Assembly: GCA_040377305.1 (NCBI GenBank)
Contig: JBEIPA010000002.1
Location: forward strand, 160,001 to 224,000
Length of the DNA stretch: 64,000 nt
Direction of reading: 5' to 3'
From: Flavobacteriales bacterium
GTDB taxonomy: Bacteria; Bacteroidota; Bacteroidia; Palsa-965
The position numbers and the translations under genes were made by a program. The notes under the pieces were generated by a model that made no database searches, had not been told where the DNA came from, and worked only from the letters and a program-made list of their open reading frames with translations. Numbering within the stretch: position 1 is the first letter of the stretch; every line of letters starts with the position of its first letter. Of the stretch, positions 9,028 through 18,600 are shown in pieces.

Positions 9028-10833
9028 TTATTGCTTAGGCGAACCAATAAGTGTTACAAATCCTGTTGTGCTGTAATCTGTTGAAGGACTGATTGCCGTG
9101 AGGATGAAATAGTAAGTTCCGTCTGTGCACATTGCGCCAGAACTGGTGTGTCCGTCCCAAGTTACGTTCGGCTCAGTTGATTCGAATAATTTAACGCCCC
9201 AACGATCATAAATTTCGAGTTTGTATTCGTTCAAACCTGAAGTTGTGATCATGAATACATCGTTAACACCATCGCCATTCGGAGTGAATACGTTTGGCAA
9301 CAGGAAGTCCTCAGTTACATTGATGATGAGATGAACCGTATCCAAACATCCGTTCGCATTTGTAACTGTAAGAATTACTGTGTACGTGCCTGAAGTTGGG
9401 AAACTGTGTGATGGATTCTGTGCAGTAGAAGTGGTGTTGTCGCCGAAATCCCACAGCCATGTTGTTGCACCTGCAGTAAGGTCAGCGAATACGTAATCGT
9501 TGCCACCTGCTGATGTATCCACAGCAAGAGCAACCGGTGCCGGATTCACAGAAGGTGCACAACTGTCAGCAAGTGAATTACATCCTGTTGCTGAAGTGGC
9601 GTACACTGTAACGAAACCTGTTCCTGTTGTCCAATCAACGAAAACTGAATCTGATCCCTGACCGCTTGTAATGTTACCCGATCCAGGCACGTTCCACTGA
9701 TATCCTGTTCCTGTTCCACCTGTTGCAGTGAACAAGTTTCCAGGTGTGTTTTCGCAAATCGTAGGACAAGAAATTGTTGGTGCAGCCGGACGAACATCAG
9801 TAAGGATGTAAGGATCTCCCGGGTTTGCAAAAGCCCATGCAGCACGATTCATTGTCGTGAATACTCCTGACACACCCATACCAACAGTTGCCATGTCGTT
9901 CCACATTACGTTGGTGGTTCTCCAGTGTGACATACCAGACCAGATTCCATCAGAAGCAGGAATGTAGTTCATACGGATGTCAGCTGTTGTTGCGCCAACC
10001 GGACGAAGAATTGCGTGATAGAATGTGTCGTTAGCGGTACAGATGATTCCGTCGTTAGTTGTACGAAGGAAACCATCGTTATCTGCATTGTGATTGACGA
10101 AACGAACGGTGTAAAGATTCGCAGCAGCAGCAGTAGGTGAAATATCAATAGGACGGTAACGCGTAACGTTCACACTTGAACCGGTCGGAAAGGTGTACAT
10201 GTTTGTTGAGTTCGTCGCACGTGCTAAAGTTCCTGTTGGACCTGTACTGCTCACAAAACCTTCCGAACCCGGAGTGATGTTGTTTGTAACCGCTGTTGAA
10301 GATGGATTGAGAACCGTGAAAATCTGTGTTTGTGTTTCAAGTTCGCGGTCGTTGATTGTAAGAATACCCGTAAGTCCGGTATTTGCATCAACACCTTGCA
10401 AAGTTTTCTTGCGGTTGTTACCTGTGCCGGTACCTGTTAGTGTAAGATCGTTGAACGTTGTAACGGTGCCGTTGTTACTGGTAATGAGCTGTTGCGTGTT
10501 GCCATTCATGGTAACAAGACTCAAATCGCCATTGAACGTTGCGTCGTTAATCCAATCCTGCTCTACATTGTAATCACCATCACCGCTAACAGTAGAACCG
10601 TTATCGATCTGAAAATTACCAGGTGCTGGAAGCGTAGAATTTTTTGTGGTGGTAATGGTACCATCATTCGTAACCTGCGAAGTGTTATCGATTGTGATTC
10701 CACCATTGCAATGAAACACGCCGCCTGCTGTAACAACGAACGTAGCACCATTGCTTGTGAAGATCTGCGCGTCAAGTGAAGTCGCTGCGAACATCAGGAC
10801 TGCGCCAGATAAAGTCAAGTATATCTTTTTCAT
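9028..10833 (-). CDS. T9SS type B CTD (gliding motility-associated C-terminal domain) protein with PKD domain
   Basis: Signal peptide from MKKIYL (10833), PKD motif WDFGD..NPSHSF, and C-terminal LPNVFTPNGDGVND...IYDRWG...GTYYF. Confidence 0.88.
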   Translation of the reverse strand: MKKIYLTLSGAVLMFAATSLDAQIFTSNGATFVVTAGGVFHCNGGITIDNTSQVTNDGTITTTKNSTLPAPGNFQIDNGSTVSGDGDYNVEQDWINDATFNGDLSLVTMNGNTQQLITSNNGTVTTFNDLTLTGTGTGNNRKKTLQGVDANTGLTGILTINDRELETQTQIFTVLNPSSTAVTNNITPGSEGFVSSTGPTGTLARATNSTNMYTFPTGSSVNVTRYRPIDISPTAAAANLYTVRFVNHNADNDGFLRTTNDGIICTANDTFYHAILRPVGATTADIRMNYIPASDGIWSGMSHWRTTNVMWNDMATVGMGVSGVFTTMNRAAWAFANPGDPYILTDVRPAAPTISCPTICENTPGNLFTATGGTGTGYQWNVPGSGNITSGQGSDSVFVDWTTGTGFVTVYATSATGCNSLADSCAPSVNPAPVALAVDTSAGGNDYVFADLTAGATTWLWDFGDNTTSTAQNPSHSFPTSGTYTVILTVTNANGCLDTVHLIINVTEDFLLPNVFTPNGDGVNDVFMITTSGLNEYKLEIYDRWGVKLFESTEPNVTWDGHTSSGAMCTDGTYYFILTAISPSTDYSTTGFVTLIGSPKQ

Positions 10834-10938
10834 GACTGGGAAAAGATTTTGCCATCCGGGGGTTTCACGGATGTTACCAAAATAACGTAAAATCAGGGAG
10901 ATACGCAAGGGTTTAACCCTTGGCACTGGCTGCCTAAA

Positions 10939-11274
10939 TTATTGCGTATCAGCTAGTTGCATTTTCTCCGCGAAATACGCGCAAAAATCACGCATATCAC
11001 CAGCCATCTTCTCTTCACCGGTTGCGCGCTTCAATGTATCTGACATGGTTAACATATTCTGGTGGAAGAATTGTTTCATCTCATCAACGAGCATGGTTTT
11101 GGTCCACAAATCAATACGCATGGTGTGCGCCTGATTTTCGTCCCACATTGCGAGCATGATTGCTTTGCACTTTCCGCTCTCTGTGGAATCAGTTGCATTC
11201 CACTCAATAGATTCCGGAAGATTGTTTTCGTCGAGTGTAATCGTGAAGTTGATTTGTGCTTTGCGCGTTGACAT
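10939..11274 (-). CDS. gldC: gliding motility protein GldC
   Basis: LDENNLPE.I.W.A, RIDLWTK.M.VDEMK.FFHQ and MRDFC.YFAE motifs; downstream of gldB. Confidence 0.93.
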   Translation of the reverse strand: MSTRKAQINFTITLDENNLPESIEWNATDSTESGKCKAIMLAMWDENQAHTMRIDLWTKTMLVDEMKQFFHQNMLTMSDTLKRATGEEKMAGDMRDFCAYFAEKMQLADTQ

Positions 11275-11315
11275 TGGATTGCGTTTGAACCACAAATGTA
11301 CGCTTCGAAGATTCG

Positions 11316-11335
11316 ATCCCGATAATTATCGGGAT
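11316..11335. repeat. perfect 20-bp palindrome ATCCCGATAATTATCGGGAT (REP-like)
   Basis: Perfect inverted repeat; a near-identical copy lies at 42393-42411. Confidence 0.75.
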
Positions 11336-11349
11336 GAAAATCCGAAAAA

Positions 11350-12390
11350 CTAGAACTCAGGCTTATACTTTGATTGAGTAAGCAACAACTGACCGTCGTT
11401 CATTCCCATGAGTTCTTCGAGCGTGGTTTCCGGAAAGCGTTCCATATATGCCTGCACAATTCGCAGACCGATCCACACTCCTACCCGACCCGGAGATTCC
11501 TTCGCAAATCCGGCCGTGAAGGGCGCATCAAATGTCATGTGGTTAATATCCTCTTCGTTTTCCGAATAAACCGTTCCATCTGCTATCATAGCTGCCCACG
11601 CATCTGCTTCATTTGCTTCACACCAGTCGAGTTGCGCTTGTGTAAATCCGGTGAGAATTGAATCATGTTTCTCGCGGAAAAGCGCCTGCTGCAAATACAT
11701 GATTTTGCCTTCGTATACGATACGATTGATCACATCATTCTTTTCGGATTTGAATGGAAATTCGTTCATCATCCAGGCCTTAACAAATCCGGCCGACATG
11801 TACTCCGGTTCGAGCTTTCTTCGCTGGTACATTGGCCAGTTCAGTCCCTGATAATAGATATTGTCTCTACCCAGAAACCAGTCTACTCCAATTGCATAAT
11901 TTCCTTCGCAGGCAATGTAATTGTAGTTAAAGCCGGAGAACACGATGAACACACCTTTCGGCAACTTCCGGTCGGGAAAATGAAATTTGAAATACGTGTA
12001 CGCAGATGTGATGTCGTTCTCAAGAAATGCGAATCCATCTTTATACTTTTCGTTCGCCATTTCCCACGCGCCACGCATGGTATGATCAGCGAGAAACTGC
12101 CCGAGAGTAAAAAAACACGAAGCCGAATCGGGTGCAGCATAGCAGATTACGTTATTCAGAAAACAATCAGTGATGTTGCCATACTTCTTACGGATTTCTG
12201 AAATACCGGAAACGAGTTTTGCCGTGTCGAGATTGAAGAAGTCCTGGTCGATCCGCTGTACTTTAACAGGATCGACTGTAACTGACGAAGTATCAACATC
12301 CAGCGGATTTGAACCGCATGAAGTGCTGAAAACCAGCGTTAAGAATAAAATCGGCAAGATTCTTGTTGCCTTGATCAGCGCTAAATTCAT
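11350..12390 (-). CDS. gldB: gliding motility lipoprotein GldB
   Basis: Lipobox FSTSC, YEGKIMYL, Q..WCE.NE, APFT...ESPGRVGVWIG.RIV.AYM and SKYKP motifs; next to gldC. Confidence 0.9.
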   Translation of the reverse strand: MNLALIKATRILPILFLTLVFSTSCGSNPLDVDTSSVTVDPVKVQRIDQDFFNLDTAKLVSGISEIRKKYGNITDCFLNNVICYAAPDSASCFFTLGQFLADHTMRGAWEMANEKYKDGFAFLENDITSAYTYFKFHFPDRKLPKGVFIVFSGFNYNYIACEGNYAIGVDWFLGRDNIYYQGLNWPMYQRRKLEPEYMSAGFVKAWMMNEFPFKSEKNDVINRIVYEGKIMYLQQALFREKHDSILTGFTQAQLDWCEANEADAWAAMIADGTVYSENEEDINHMTFDAPFTAGFAKESPGRVGVWIGLRIVQAYMERFPETTLEELMGMNDGQLLLTQSKYKPEF

Positions 12391-12424
12391 TATACTTGCA
12401 CAACGTAAAACCCTCATCAAAAGT

Positions 12425-13228
12425 ATGAAAAAGGTACTGATACTTCTTTTCGCTCTGACACTCGGAGCTAAATTCTCATTCGCGCAAGACGAAAACAATC
12501 TCAAGAACTTCCGTTTCGGATTAGTTGCTTCACCTTCACTCAACTGGTACAAGCCGGAAGATGCAAAGAAGATGGAGAATGCAGGAATCAAAGGCGGTTT
12601 TGGCTGGGGACTTCAAATGGAATTCCGGTTAAACAAAGTTGCATCCCTGGTAACTGGCTTGCAAGTGAATTACGATCGTGGTTTCATCAAATTGCTGGAC
12701 ACGGCAACCTATTACTATAATGGAGAGGATGAGGCTTATGTAGCTAACGATGATACTGCAGCTGTTCTTTACACACTGAACAGTCGTATATACAAAACAA
12801 ATTATGTTATGCTTCCGCTTTACCTCAAAATGAAAACAGGTGAAATCGGAATGATGACTTACTATGGTGAATTTGGTTTGATGTCGAGTATCCGTCTTAA
12901 GGCTAAAACCACCGACGATGTTACTTTGTATTCGCCACCAAACAATCCGAAATCGTCGATAGAAGATCTCGACAACACGAAAGACATGAATCTTTTGCGT
13001 TTTCAGCTTCACATTGGCGGAGGATTTGAATACAATCTTGCCGGTACTACTTCAATGTTTGTAGGTGTTGCTTTCAACTACGGCTTCTCGAATGTATTTC
13101 AGAAAGATTCGGAATATCTCATGACTAACTACCCTGGACCAGTAATGCCGCCGAAGGGATCAACTACTCCATTCAAACAGCAGGCTACTGCAAACAACGT
13201 GGCTTTGTCGGTAGGAATCTTGTTCTAA
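12425..13228 (+). CDS. outer membrane beta-barrel protein (PorT-like porin family)
   Basis: Signal peptide MKKVLIL..., alternating beta-strand pattern, NYVMLPLYLKMK and C-terminal VGILF. Confidence 0.85.
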   Translation: MKKVLILLFALTLGAKFSFAQDENNLKNFRFGLVASPSLNWYKPEDAKKMENAGIKGGFGWGLQMEFRLNKVASLVTGLQVNYDRGFIKLLDTATYYYNGEDEAYVANDDTAAVLYTLNSRIYKTNYVMLPLYLKMKTGEIGMMTYYGEFGLMSSIRLKAKTTDDVTLYSPPNNPKSSIEDLDNTKDMNLLRFQLHIGGGFEYNLAGTTSMFVGVAFNYGFSNVFQKDSEYLMTNYPGPVMPPKGSTTPFKQQATANNVALSVGILF

Positions 13229-13246
13229 GCACTGTTATTGATTACG

Positions 13247-13272
13247 AAAGGCGCCATGATGGCGCCTTTTTT
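13247..13272 (+). terminator. intrinsic terminator
   Basis: AAAGGCGCCAT/ATGGCGCCTTT stem followed by a T-run. Confidence 0.75.
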
Positions 13273-13291
13273 ATTTCCGTAAATTTGAAAT

Positions 13292-14971
13292 GTGAAAATC
13301 GCACTCGCACAACTCAATTATCACATCGGCAACTTTCAGTACAATACTGAGAAGATTATTGCCCATGTTGGGATGGCGAAGGAACAAGGAGCAGACGTTG
13401 TAGTTTTCGCAGAGCTTTCTGTGTGCGGATATCCGCCGCGGGATTTTCTGGAGTTCAACGATTTTATTGAACAGACGCTGGAGGCGATTCACGCGATTGC
13501 TGAAGCATCACAGGGCATCACAACAATTGTAGGCGGACCTGCACGTAATCCGCGCGTGGAAGGGAAAAATCTTTTTAATGCGGCGTATGTTTTGCGCGAC
13601 GGAAAAATCGAGAGTGAACATCACAAAGCCTTGTTGCCGAACTACGATGTGTTTGACGAGTATCGCTATTTCGAACCTGCGCGTGAATTTCAGATCGCGG
13701 TCATAGCAGGAAAGAAAGTCGCATTACCGATTTGCGAAGACGTGTGGGACATTGAAGAAGATCTCATGTACACCATCTGGCCGATGGACGAACTGAAGAA
13801 ACAAGGTGCAGAGCTGATCATTAATATTGCGGCGTCTCCGTTTAATTATGGTCACGCAGAGAAACGTCGCGAGGTAATGAAGCGCAACGTGGAGAAATAC
13901 AAAATGCCTCTTGTTTATGTTCAGCATGTGGGTGCGCACACGGAAATCATTTTTGATGGTGGAAGTATGGTGATGAATGTGAAGGGTGAAGTTGTAGAGC
14001 AGTTGGCTTTCTTTGAAGAGGAATTTCGGGTTGTTGAATTGTCGACCTCGACTCCGCCTTTGTCGCCCTCGACTCCGCTCGGTCTGACAAAGGATTCGTC
14101 CCAAATTAATATTGAGGTAGAATTGCCGTCTAAAATGACGCGCATACATGATGCTCTTGTTCTCGGCATCAAAGATTACTTCGGTAAAATGGGATTCTCG
14201 AAAGCGATTCTCGGATTATCGGGCGGTGTTGATTCGGCATTGGTGACTGTACTTGCGGTAGAAGCACTTGGAAAAGAAAATGTATTGCCGGTGCTCATGC
14301 CTTCTGAATTTTCTTCGGGACATTCTGTGGATGATTCTGTAGCGTTGTGCAAAAATCTGGGAATGAGTTACGAAATCATTCCAATCAAAAAAGGATTTGA
14401 CACGACATTGGAAATGCTCAAACCGATTTTTGGTGATGCCCCTTTCAGTGTGGCAGAAGAAAATATACAGGCGAGAATGCGTGCGATTGTCCTCATGGGA
14501 ATCGCGAATAAGAAGAATTACATTCTGCTCAACACTACGAATAAGAGTGAAGCCGCAGTTGGTTACGGAACGTTGTACGGAGATATGTGCGGAGGAATTG
14601 CCGTGCTTGCTGATCTGTACAAGATGGAAGTTTATGCGTTGTGCGATTATATTAACCGCAACGGAGAAGTGATTCCGAAAAATATTCTCACCAAAGCACC
14701 TTCTGCAGAATTACGTCCCGGACAAAAAGATTCTGATTCGCTTCCGGAATATCCTGTGCTCGATAAAATTCTCTACGCGTACATCGAGCAGCGACTTGGC
14801 CCGAAAGAAATTATTGCCATGGGATTTGATGCGGCGCTTGTGAATCGCGTTCTCAAAATGGTGAACAGCAACGAATGGAAAAGAGCGCAGATGGCGCCGG
14901 TGTTGAGAGTGAGCCCGAAGGCGTTTGGAAGTGGGAGAAGGATGCCGATTGTTGGGAAGTACCTAGGATAA
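13292..14971 (+). CDS. nadE: glutamine-dependent NAD+ synthetase
   Basis: Nitrilase-like domain (E..K..ICED) plus synthetase motifs LGLSGGVDS, ENIQAR, NKSE, YGTLYGD and PSAEL; GTG start. Confidence 0.96.
   Translation: MKIALAQLNYHIGNFQYNTEKIIAHVGMAKEQGADVVVFAELSVCGYPPRDFLEFNDFIEQTLEAIHAIAEASQGITTIVGGPARNPRVEGKNLFNAAYVLRDGKIESEHHKALLPNYDVFDEYRYFEPAREFQIAVIAGKKVALPICEDVWDIEEDLMYTIWPMDELKKQGAELIINIAASPFNYGHAEKRREVMKRNVEKYKMPLVYVQHVGAHTEIIFDGGSMVMNVKGEVVEQLAFFEEEFRVVELSTSTPPLSPSTPLGLTKDSSQINIEVELPSKMTRIHDALVLGIKDYFGKMGFSKAILGLSGGVDSALVTVLAVEALGKENVLPVLMPSEFSSGHSVDDSVALCKNLGMSYEIIPIKKGFDTTLEMLKPIFGDAPFSVAEENIQARMRAIVLMGIANKKNYILLNTTNKSEAAVGYGTLYGDMCGGIAVLADLYKMEVYALCDYINRNGEVIPKNILTKAPSAELRPGQKDSDSLPEYPVLDKILYAYIEQRLGPKEIIAMGFDAALVNRVLKMVNSNEWKRAQMAPVLRVSPKAFGSGRRMPIVGKYLG
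14046..14093. repeat. REP-like element inserted in frame within nadE
   Basis: CCTCGACTCCGC twice (14046-14057 and 14067-14078), with inverted repeat CCTTTGTC/GACAAAGG (14057-14064 and 14086-14093). Confidence 0.65.
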
Positions 14972-15017
14972 ACATCCTTAGAGCTGTCGTTCAAATTTTC
15001 CTTAAAGAGACAGTAGG

Positions 15018-15060
15018 TTTTAAACCGCGGAGGCGCAGAGACGCAGAGGCACGCAAAGAA
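15018..15060. repeat. short CGCAGAG-type tandem repeat element
   Basis: ACCGCGGAGGCGCAGAGACGCAGAGGCACGCAAAG; related to 61255-61288. Confidence 0.5.
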
Positions 15061-15103
15061 AACATTCTGGAATATGTCGTCGCCAAACTCTTTAGCTTGG
15101 TGC

Positions 15104-15571
15104 TTACTTCGATTTTATATCTTCAAAGTGCGTTAGTTGATCTTCTAGATTTTTGATTTCCGTTTTCTTCGCTGCGATTTTTTCTTCGTGTGCTGCTTCC
15201 TGAGATGCTGCCTCATCAAAAGACTTGGACGCATCTTTTCCTTCCCAGAATTTGCCATCGCCATCAATCCATCCATAACTTCCACCTGTCGAAACGCGCG
15301 CCCGCACCGTTTCCAGCTTCTTTTTATTTGAAACGTAGACTTGATCATTCAACAAACCATCCAGTTCTGATTGCCTATCGGCAATTTGCGCTTGTATTTC
15401 ATTGACTTCAGTTGCAAGCTTGTCATCCTGCTTCTTTTGTTCCTCCAAAAGAGCTGCATTCACCAAAGAATCCTCTCGATCCTTTTGCTTACGAGCTAAC
15501 TCTTCAGAGGAAGGACCGCAGGAGAAAAACGAAAATGCAAGTATCGAACTTAACAATAACAGGTGTTTCAT
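15104..15571 (-). CDS. hypothetical coiled-coil lipoprotein
   Basis: MKHLLLLSSILAFSFFSC lipobox followed by long charged helices. Confidence 0.7.
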   Translation of the reverse strand: MKHLLLLSSILAFSFFSCGPSSEELARKQKDREDSLVNAALLEEQKKQDDKLATEVNEIQAQIADRQSELDGLLNDQVYVSNKKKLETVRARVSTGGSYGWIDGDGKFWEGKDASKSFDEAASQEAAHEEKIAAKKTEIKNLEDQLTHFEDIKSK

Positions 15572-15599
15572 AGTTGATATAGATATATTCAGCAATGAT

Positions 15600-15632
15600 A
15601 AAAAAACTCCCCCAATTTCTCGGAGGAGTTTT
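15600..15632 (-). terminator. intrinsic terminator of the 3333-aa gene
   Basis: AAAACTCC/GGAGTTTT stem with an A-run on the + strand (T-run on -). Confidence 0.7.
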
Positions 15633-15653
15633 CAAATTTCAAATCTTCAAATT

Positions 15654-18600
15654 CTATCTGTTCACCACCACTCTCTTCGTCAACTGCTGACCATCGTTCG
15701 TAACAACAGTCACCAAATAGATTCCGGCTGCTTCGAGTGACACAGGAGTTATTGCTCCCGCGTTCACTTGCTGGTCGATTACGAGTTGTCCTGCACCGTT
15801 GTAGATGAGCACCTGTACAGTTTCGTTACCGTCGATTGTGATGTTGAACTCACCGTTGTTCGGGTTCGGGTACATGTTGAAGTCGAATGCTACGATTGGT
15901 TCGAGAACGGTGAGACAAGGATCAACAAGGATGCTGTCTGTAACGATTCCGCCACAACCGTTTGTATCGGTGTACATGTATGTGATTTCGAATGTGCCGA
16001 TACCAGCGATCATCGGATCGAACGAGTTGCCGCTAACTGCAGGGCCGCTCCAGGTACCGCCTGCAGGTGACTCGCCACTCAACAGGATTGATCCCATATT
16101 GAGACATGCGGTATCAAGTACCAATGCGAGTGTTACTGTTGGAGGTGTGTGCAACACGAGATTGATCGTATCAGATGCGATACATCCACCAGGCATTGTC
16201 ACTTCAACGAAGTATGTTCCTGAAGTTGTAACAACATTCGTTTGACCCGTGCTCAGGTCATTCCAGATGTACGTACCGCCAACGTTCATTGCATCGAGTG
16301 TTACGGATGTTGCGCAAAGCGTATCATCAGTCCCAAGAGCAACAACCGGTTGCGTGTTAATCGTTACAACGACTGTATCAGAAGAAGTACATCCGTCGCT
16401 TGATGTAACATCGACCATGTACGTTCCGCTTACGGTAGCTGTGATCATTTGTGTTGTATCTGTAGTGTTCCACGCGTAAGTTGAACCAACGTTCTCTGCA
16501 TCCAGCAAGATCGTGCCACACTGCGTTGAATCAGGGCCCAGATCAACAACCGGATTTGGATTCACTGTTACGGTAGCCGTTGCCGTGTTTGAACATCCGT
16601 TGAGATCAGTTCCTGTTACCGTGTATGTATCAGTAATTGTTGGAGTAAACGGAACGCCGTCCACTACTCCACCCGTCCACAGGTAAGTTGCAGCACCGTT
16701 ACCATTCAGAATTACTGAAGTTCCTTCGCACACCGTGTATGCAGGAAAACCAGTAGTAGAAACGATTGGCAATGTATTTACTGCAACTGTGATTGTATCA
16801 GAATCGGTACAGCCATTTGAAGCCGTTCCGACAACTGTGTACGTTAATGTACCGAGCGGTGTAAACGGAACGTTGTTGTTCACGCCACCAGACCACGCAT
16901 AAGTAACAGCGCCACTACCACTGAGTGTAACATTGCTTCCATCACAAATGCTGGTTGCGCTTGCATTCGCAACAACCGTCGGAACTGCATTGATTGTAAC
17001 GTTCACTGCTGTTGCAGATGAATCGCTGCAACCACTTGCGTTCGTTACCCAAACGTTGTACACTCCAATTGTTGTTGCCGTGTACATTGCAGATGTTGCC
17101 CCGACAATCGGTGAACCGTTCATGAACCACTGGTATGCTGTTCCTGCAGATGAAGTAAGCACTGTGTTTCCACCCGAGCAGAATGTGCTGTTACCAGTGA
17201 TCGTTACAACAGGAGCTGCAATTACAGTGATATCCTGTGTAGTTGTGTCTGAACAACCATTGCCATCTGTTCCGATCACAGTATACGTTGTTGTAGCGGA
17301 TGCAGGGAATGCAACATTATCTGTTACACCATGCGACCATACATACGTTGCTGCACCAACGCCCCTCAGAGTAAGCTGGGCGTTTTCACAAACTGTATCG
17401 TTCGGAGAGAATGTGGTAGTTACAACAGGAAGTGTGTCTACTGTGATTATAACGTCAACAGTATCCTCACAGCCATTTCCGTCTGTCCCGATCAAAGTCA
17501 GCGTATCAGTTGTTAAGGGCGTGAAAGGATTTCCATCAATAACGCCATCGCTCCACGTGTAGGTAATTGCTCCTGTTCCATCGAGTGTAAGTTCTGTTCC
17601 GGTACAAACTGTAATGCCCGGAGCAGCGTTGTAACTAACCGTTGGTGAGGTGTTCACCGTTACCGTTGTTGTTGCAGTTGATGAACATCCGTTCGCGTCT
17701 GTTCCAGTTACGGTGTAAGTGTTCGTTGCAGCAGCTGTGAATGGAACGTTGTCCGTTACTCCACCAGTCCACACGTAAGTTACTGCACCGGTTCCGCTCA
17801 ATGTAACCTGCGTTCCTGAACATACAATTGGCGAAGGTGTCGTTGTGTTGCTCACCGTCGGAAGTGGATTAACAGTAACTGTTGTAGTTGCTGTTGCGGT
17901 ACATCCGTTCAATGCTGTTCCTGTAACTGTGTACGTCGTAGTTGCTGCCGGAACAAATGATACTCCGTCCATAACTCCACCTGTCCAGATATAAGACACA
18001 GCACCTGTTCCATTCAGAGTAACAGAAGTTCCTGCGCACACTGCACTCGAAGGAGCTGTTGTTGAAGAAACAGTTGGAGTAGGATTAACTGTGATGGTTG
18101 TTGTTGCCGTGTTCGTACATCCTGATGCATCAGTACCCGTTACTGTGTACGTGCTAGTTGATGTAGGCGTGAATGGAACTCCATTGATTACACCGCCCGT
18201 CCAGGTGTATGTTGCAGCACCTGTGCCACTCAACGTAACTGCAGTTCCGCTGCACACTGTTGTAGCAGGTGAAGCTGTTGATGCAACAGTTGGCAATGGA
18301 TTCACAACAACAGATACAGTTGCCGTGTTTGTACATCCACTGAAATCGGTGCCGGTTACAGTATATGTTGCTGTAGCAAGAGGAACAAATCCAACTCCAT
18401 CCGTAACACCGCAGCACCACGTGTAAGAAATTCCACCGATACCGTTCAATGCCACAGTTGATCCTGCGCAATGTGGACCAGCAGGAGATTGTACAGCATT
18501 GATATTCGGAGATGGATTAACTGTAACCGTAATTGTATTTGTTCCGGTACAACCGTTCATGTCGGTTCCTGTTATAGTGTACGTCGTAGTTGCAGAAGCA

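Noticed and set aside
12170-12591. Apparent 420-bp overlap between the gldB and OMP ORFs
   Set aside because: This is an artefact of longest-ORF calling. Signal peptides put the starts at 12390 and 12425.
14875-15156. 93-aa ORF spanning the end of nadE and the repeat
   Set aside because: It overlaps both neighbours and runs through a repeat element, with no protein-like features.
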